NCBI RefSeq assembly: GCF_964204645.1
Contig: NC_134026.1
Location: forward strand, 22,726,150-22,790,149
DNA: 64,000 bases
Direction: 5' to 3'
Source: Tubulanus polymorphus
Lineage: Eukaryota; Animalia; Nemertea
Both the position numbers and the translations under genes were made by a program. The stretch's first letter is position 1. Each line of letters opens with the position of its first letter. Shown piece by piece: positions 56,501 to 64,000 of the stretch. The notes below the pieces were generated by a model. That model worked only from the letters and a program-made list of their open reading frames with translations. It searched no databases and was not told where the DNA came from.

Positions 56501-59500
56501 GGGAAACACTGTAAAATGGAGTCCATTGTGAGGAGCCTATTTTAACCTGGCTATCCGAGTAGCGAACGAAATGGGCAATCGGGAAACAATGTGTCTAAAA
56601 TCCATGGCAAATTCCTTTTGCTCAGAAACGTCACAGTAAATCAGCTTTTACCCTCGAATACTTTTGGCATATAGCCAGGATTTAACTTCGAAGACATCTA
56701 TGGTCTCAAATCTTACAGGCTTGACATTATTGTTTAGAAAAGCTCTGGGCTAAGTAAATTCTCATTAAGCTTTTGAAAATCGGCGTAGCTATTCCTGATG
56801 TAACGTAGCAATTGAACTCGAATACAAACACCCACTACTGTTGAGCCTAAGTTTCCTTATGAAATATACACGTATAATATGTCCTGTAGTTAATAGAAAA
56901 TAGTTAATATTTGTTTGCATTGGGGGTATGAAATAATGAGAAATGTATAATCAAATATGGTGCCAACTGTCAAATGGCAGCTTTCTTCAGCGTTTTATGG
57001 TCGTTAGTGCAGATCAAAAGGTAATTAATGAGATCTGTTTTTGAATTTCAATGCTCCGCTTTTGTGCTCGCGAATCGCGGCTGTGTTCGCTGGAAAAAAA
57101 TTGAATGAATACGCTATTTATCTGCGTTGACTGGCCCATCAATATTACCGCGCACAGTGAAACCTCTTTATAGATTAATTTTTCCTTTGATCTTCGGCTG
57201 ATCACTAAGACGCATTAGCCGTACATTTATGCATTCATGAACGCAATGAATGTGACATACAGACGAAGCACGTGTGTTCAAAAACATCGTGCTCTATGGG
57301 CAAATGCTTCAGCCCGTATAATGTATTGAGATCTTTTTTTTATTACCCTATATCATGAATTATAAACTGGTGTGATGGTCTGCTGCGCTATCATTTCAAA
57401 TACAGGTGGGCTGCTGCGCTATCAATTGATTGATCTCCAGTCTTAAACCCTTTTCCGTGAACCCGATGACGCCATGAAAACCGCTATATCCTGATTCTTA
57501 TGATAACCCCTTCATCTTTTTACAGACAATATTTGATACATTGCCATATTCGGAATGGAATTCGAAAGAAGATCGCAAACTTTTAGAAGTAAGTATCACA
57601 GCCTCCTGAATCGATACGGATGGAAATGGGAATTTCGAATTAATGCGCTTAATATTGATTGCTTCTAAAACTTTTCAGTTGAGCAAACGTATAGAAACGA
57701 AGTTCCATCAATACCTACGGGTGCTTCAAAGCAACAAGCAAACTGTCGAAAACTTCTACAGGTTTCATGTCAAAGTACCAATAATGCTGCCATACGATTG
57801 TTGTTTGTTCCCTGAACGCGATCTAAAGTGAGTGAAACGATAAAAAAGATACCACGAATAACATAACCACAGGGAACATTTAAAATGTCAATTATTTCTC
57901 GGGTTTCTTGTTTTATCTTGGTATAAGAATAATGATCATCCTTTGCTGGTTTTGTAGACTATAACTTCGACCCTATCATTTAACTATATGAATATGTTAA
58001 TTAAGTAACGCCCATGGGTTAAGTTAAAACTGGGCTTCAGTCTATACAAAAGGATATAAGGTTACTGCAAGTACACAGTTCGCAAATGTTGTTCTATATT
58101 ATTCTATAATATTTGTATTTGCATTTTTATTTAAGGTCAGAGAACCAGTATTCCTGCAAGATATCTCGTCAGTTCACTTGCGATCTTATACCGAAGAGCG
58201 TTCCGTCCGGGGCTTTTAATCCGGGACGAAATCTTACTCAAGGTACTTACGAATAATGAGTAGTGACTAAAACCTTTATTGTAGACTATGCCAGGCTGAG
58301 AATTCATTCCGCACTTATTTTGCTGTAGTTCTCTTTCGAATTGCTACTCTTACCGTTCTTTTTTCGTTCATCAGTTTTTCAGCATAATGTCCAGTATTTC
58401 CCGAATCTGAAGTGGCAATATTTCATCTCAGTCGACGGGGTACATAATGAGTATCCGGCTCATAAGTTCGATACAGCTCCGACCGATTGTAGGAACGTGC
58501 ACGATCTACGACATCAGGACGTGTTCGTGTCGACGATTCAACCGCATCGTAAACACGTCGTCATTGTCATGGATCATGGCAACAGTTTAAGTCATAATCA
58601 ACTGGCGATCGCGAAGGCGATCGCTAAACAGCTCATACATTCACTGTCGGAGAATGATCGGGTATGTACAAGATTCTGACTGTCTCCACCACAGTTATTG
58701 CCAACTTTCAAGATTGTAGGCAGTAATTTCTAAAAATGGTTTTCTCTCGATTGGAAATCATGTATGCGTTCCTTAAAAGGGTGGTGCCATTTCTTATGAA
58801 CTATTGCATTCAAAGATGTATGCCCTGTAAAAAGACGATTATGAATTGGCGCTTTGCTAACATTCCCTGATATATAACGTTAAATGTGTCGCTGTGAGTA
58901 ATGTTCATAGTGGATATTTGGGTTTGTTAGGAATGTTTGATTAATCTGTATTGTATTGGTCAGGTTGGTATTATTGGTCTCAGTAAAGAGGTTGTTTACC
59001 CGAAGAAAGACGGCTGTCTCACTACTCATCTAGCTCCACTGACTTATGAAGCGAAATATTTCTTCAGAGATTTTATCGATGGTTTAACAAAACAGAAAAG
59101 TGAGTGCTTAAAAAGATCTGCTGGAGACATCGAATGAACATTGATCAAAATTCCGCATGGTTATTTTCTACGATGTGCTCTGTATTTCAGGTGTAACTAG
59201 TCATACATTAGGGTTTAAGAAAGCATTTGAAATGATCTGGAACTCATTAGCTACGTCAAATAAAAGTTCAGGTATGTGTTGAAATAAGACGGTGCAATAA
59301 GCTTATTATCATTGCTTCGGGAGTGACCGGTTGCTACATTTTCTGCATACGCTACTGTTTTTGATAGGTGATACTGAGGGTATTGCTGGTCAACTTTCAG
59401 GTGAGCCAGCTATGTTTAGGCGCTATTTATATATTGTGTTATGTTGTCTGTTTTACTCAATTGATGGTAGTCATTCATTTGTGCTTCTCTGTTCAGCCGT

Positions 59501-62500
59501 CAAATTGATATTGGAATTTGTTGATAAAGCGTTAATAGGAAACATTTTATAGGACCATAGGGATGGATTAAGTGATAGCACTTTAGATAATACAGTAGTT
59601 CAAATGGTTTATGTATTAGATTCAAACTGAATGTGTATGTATTCGTAGTGTTAGTACATTACATGTTAATATGTTATTTATTTACCGTAAATGACTTCTC
59701 GCACTCACTTTTCATGTCAAGCCTGAAGTTATCAATGAATTTAGAATGAATTTAGATCCCAAAGATCATATTGCAGTCTTTTCATTAGTCCACTTGTGGT
59801 GAAGCCCCAGTGTTACAAACTATCACGTTCACTTTTCCTCAATCGTCTGTCAATGGAATCTAGTACAGAAGGGAGGTTTTCAAACCGCTTTAATGTATGG
59901 TCTTGATATTTGGTTTATATATGTATCTGCCGGAGAAGCATCTGCGAACCAAAAATTGGCTGGATCAGATAAAGATGGCCAACTTGTGGCCATTGTTATT
60001 CTTCGAACAGGGATTCTTAGGTTTCAATGGGCGGTGAATATTGACAAATTGTTAGATAATGGAGCATTTCAGACTGCTTCCTAAGTGGGCATGGTATCCC
60101 GCGACCTGTAGTCCTCGTTTCAGTGATAATTATTGTCGTATTAGACTTCGTTTGAGTGATGGAGAATTCCCTGATAAATGTGTATCCTCTTCTGCACTCG
60201 GTGATTGATAAATTTGTAATGAACAGGTGATTTATTTTTCAGACGAGGCGATGATTATGTATATAAGTCGTGGGTTTCTGTATTCTCTCACCGAACCGAA
60301 AGAAGTGATGAAAGCTATTGCACATGAGAACAGACGCATGGGTCACAAGGTTGTCATCAATACTTACGCCGTTATTGATGGTGAGTTTACAAAATTCTAA
60401 TCTAATTTTCTGATCTATATGCGTGGGGATTATTAGACAATCTGATAGTTGAGTTTCTTTATTTTCTAGTGGACAAGCCAGTTATGTATGAGAAGAGATT
60501 TCTTGAAACGATTGCTCATCAAAACTTGCGTAAATACGATGCTGACCCAGCCAATAATACTCCTGTTATGGTAAGTATCTTTTCTTCGGAGACAATTCTA
60601 TTGAGAATCCATGATCAAGTCATATGTTTAAAATTTGAATGTTGCGTTTTATAGAAGGGACGAATGTACGCGATCAACAGTACGAATGATCTCAGTTCTA
60701 CGGTGGGCAGATTTTATGAAAGTTTGAATCGAACGACTGAAGATAAGGCGCACTTTTCTCTGCCGTACATCGACATAACTGGAAAAGGTATTCATTCAAT
60801 TCACAGCGGAACGATTACGATGTTTTTCGAACATATGGCAATAATCGATTTTCAATCGTTTCTTTTCAGGATTGATAATGAGTATCACGCAGCCATGTTT
60901 CTACAACAGTTACTATAAAAACGAAGTGATCGGAATCGTCGGTATAGATTTACACGTCGGCGACGCGGTCGAAGACGTTACTTACTACGAAAACGATAAG
61001 ATGGCGTACTCATTTCTGATAAACACTGACGGTTACACGATCATGCACCCGTCGCTGGCACGGCCGGTGAAGTCGCAGCGTCAGCCGATGCATACGGACA
61101 TTTTACAGTTTGAGAATTATCCCGGTTTCGAATCGATCCGTAACAACATGTTGAGGTGAGTATCCGAGTCCGTAAAAATGCCGAATTTCCTGTATAGTTT
61201 TTGAAATACGTCAATATTCTTTCCTGTTTTTTTGGGGGGTTTTTTTGTAGAGATGATATGGGTACCGCTCTTTTGTATATTCCGAAAAATGAGACCGGGC
61301 AACTTAACATTCTCGAGCGAGAAGAGATGGTTTTGGCGAAATATTTGTGGAAGAAGGTTCCCGGGGTGCCCGTGATTGTAGGTTTAAAGGTGATGAGGGA
61401 TTCGACGATTCAGCGAGATTTAAAAAGCGTTCACAATTTAAATCCGACAGATATCATCTATCACAGACTCGATCTATTTCCTCATGAATCAATGTGTATG
61501 CATCTGAAGCAGCTCGCAACGCTTGGTAAGTGAAATGGTTTCATACAAATTTCACCAAACACTGAAATAGATGTTCAATTGGGTAGTTTTTTGCAATCAA
61601 TTCTCTTTTCTATAGCGAGCAGTACGATGTTTTTGGCACCGACAAGTTTTATCGACCCGTTCAAACATTTAATGCAAGGTGAAACAAAGAAGATGGTGCA
61701 AGGATATCTGACATATTTGAAGGATAGCACTAAACTTATCGCGAATCCAGGTTTACGGGTAAGTATCGCCAGAGACTGGCTGTTAGTTAACCAAAATTTC
61801 ACTATGAAGAACTGAAGTGTTTTATTATGTTTGCATCGTTGGACTCAATCAGTATTTTATCATTTATTTACCAGACAAATATCAGGAATGACGCGGCAGC
61901 TTTGTCAAAGATAAACTCGGAATGGTTAAGCCAGTACAAGCGCAGTATACTGAATGATTACATCATTCGCCGGTAAATATCTCATCTATTGACGTCATCA
62001 TAATATATTGTCAATCCATGGTAGATGGCAGCACTTCCTAATAATCATAGCAACATTCTGAAAAGTCTTGTCTCTTAATATTTTAGATATGTGGCGACCC
62101 CGAGTGGTGTTGTGCGTACTTATCCCGGTACGTTGCTTCACCAGAACTTTGACCCGAGTAAAAGGCCGTGGTATATGCGTGCCATCGACTATCCAGGACG
62201 AATCACGCTCACTGCTCCATACCTCGACGTAGGAGGTGCTGGTTACATTGTAACTATTAGTCATATTGTCTATGATGGCAGGTAAATATATTGTATTATC
62301 TGATATCTGCAATATATCTATAAAAATTGAATTTCTCGAGTTGTTTAGAAAGCCCTGTTAGAATGTGGAGTTTATCTTTATAGTAAATGTTAACTTATAT
62401 TACAGGGATAATGCAAAACATTCGAAGTCGGATAGGACCTCTGCCGTCATGGGCATTGATTTCACTTTGCGATTCATGTACAAGTTGTTGGTAGATGCCA

Positions 62501-64000
62501 TGCCTTTTTGTGAACAGAAACATATGAGGTAAATTACTCGTTATTCCTCTGTAATCTGTTTCGAATCCATTTCTGATATCAATTCGATGCTCACATTTTC
62601 ATTTGCTCGTTCATTGTAGGTGTTTTATATTCGATGACAAAGGTTACTTGATTGCACATCCAGGATTGATTGAAGCTAGTGGGAAGGGTCCTGTTGAACA
62701 GCAACATATTACGCATAAGGTAAGAGCCAAAAAAACAATTTTTCGACAAAATCCATTAATGCAGCAATTTGCTGATCAGGGAGGTTGATGCCATTATCTA
62801 AATTCTGCTTGACGTTCTCTTTTAGGAACCTTTGGTTGCGAACGACATCCTGAATCATGAATATTTTGTGCGTAAGACATTGTGCAATAGTTACAGTGAC
62901 AGGACAATTCAACGTTACTACCATGTGAGTTAATATCTTAGTGGTCATGTAGTCATTATCTTATAAATCAAACAGCGATAAATTTGAGATTGACTTATTT
63001 TCTTTCCAGTTCAATACAAGTTTGCATGGAATTTTGACTAATCTGGTTCACGGGGAACACTGCGCAAAATACCAGGTAATTTGAGACCAGAGAAATGACA
63101 TCTTTTTGACATCTCTTGTTAATTATAATCTTGATAATATATAAATACTTGTGGGGATTTTATCCATTTCAGATAACAACGATTCCTGGTACGAATGCAT
63201 TCCTCGGAATTGTAAATCAGACGTGTAATGTGATCACGGCGTTCTGTCCGTGTTCAATGGTTGATCGTTTGTGTTTGAACTGTAAACGAATGGAACAAAG
63301 CGAATGTGAGTGTCCGTGTGAGTGCCCGCTTGAAATGGATTTCTGCACTGGAAAATTACTCTCTAACGAGGACAAGTAAGTATAGCTCCTCAGAAGACTA
63401 TAAATCCTTCATACGGCAAGATTAGTAATTAAGCACTTGAGAAAGTAGTTTTTATTGAATTGTCATTTACGGGCCAATATGTGTTTTATTTAGGAATCCA
63501 AGTTGTCCACAATATCCGGAGATACCTATGCTGCAAGAGGCTGCAACTGGTGTGACAGAATCACTGTATCAGTGTTATAAACCACGTTGTGATGAGAGAC
63601 GTACTGAACAGTAAGTTTTTAGTCCACTAACTCGGACTTAAGTTAGGACATGAAGAAAAATTAGGTTCATCGGATACAAGATGGGTTCTACGTGATTTCA
63701 TTAAATTGGTTGGAAAGTTTTAAGACGGTAGCTTTGAAGTTGGTATCCTTGATTCTCCTCTGTATTTTATAGACTAGACTTGACCTAGTTGTCACATGGT
63801 GTCCCTGGACCCCTTGACTAAATCAAAATTATAAATCCTAGAAATCTGTTTCAATTATGAACTTGATGATTTCAGTGAATGTTTTGGCGTTTTGGATTGT
63901 GAATGGTGTCAACTGGATCATGATGGTCGTACACCATTGGCACAACCATATTGTACAACACAAAGGATTTGCTTCGGTGGTGTTTATGGAGCGCAGAGCC
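50540..64000 (+). CDS. CACHD1: VWFA and cache domain-containing protein 1 (3' end beyond window)
   Basis: Exon 1 50540-50932 (signal peptide, RRHIRR, poly-Gly), a 6.6-kb intron, then exons from 57526. Motifs: [20 protein letters not shown] (disrupted MIDAS typical of CACHD1), [63 protein letters not shown]...CECPCECPL. Confidence 0.95.
52305..52318. promoter_or_regulatory. Consensus X-box in CACHD1 intron 1
   Basis: GTCACCATGGTAAC, within the near-perfect palindrome GGTCACCATGGTAACC. Confidence 0.55.
52759..52803. repeat. (GAT)n imperfect microsatellite
   Basis: GAT/GAC run in CACHD1 intron 1. Confidence 0.8.
59368..59400 (+). CDS. CACHD1: 33-nt CACHD1 mini-exon ([11 protein letters not shown])
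   Basis: tttgatag|GT GAT...TCA G|gtgagc; phase 1-1, matching the flanking exons. Confidence 0.7.

Overview
AT-rich, intron-dense animal (invertebrate-like) genomic DNA, not prokaryotic. Splicing exons by hand gives six protein-coding genes: the 3' end of a C1orf87-like EF-hand gene (+); a complete NompC/TRPN channel (-, 28 exons, about 1685 aa, 29 ankyrin repeats); an RFX1/2/3-class transcription factor (-); NME6 (-); and two tandem VWA+dCache genes (+). The first of these is alpha2delta-like (intact MIDAS, probable GPI tail); the second is a CACHD1 orthologue running off the window. The most striking observation is that RFX carries two tandem 182-nt exons that each encode most of the winged-helix DNA-binding domain (about 75% aa identity). 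Frame arithmetic forces them to be mutually exclusive, so one gene could switch between two DNA-binding domains. X-box (RFX-binding) motifs occur at the neighbouring NompC gene, at RFX's own promoters and in CACHD1. Several candidate microexons are also present, including a 6-nt one in the NompC ankyrin array. Gene names rest on recalled family motifs, not database searches.
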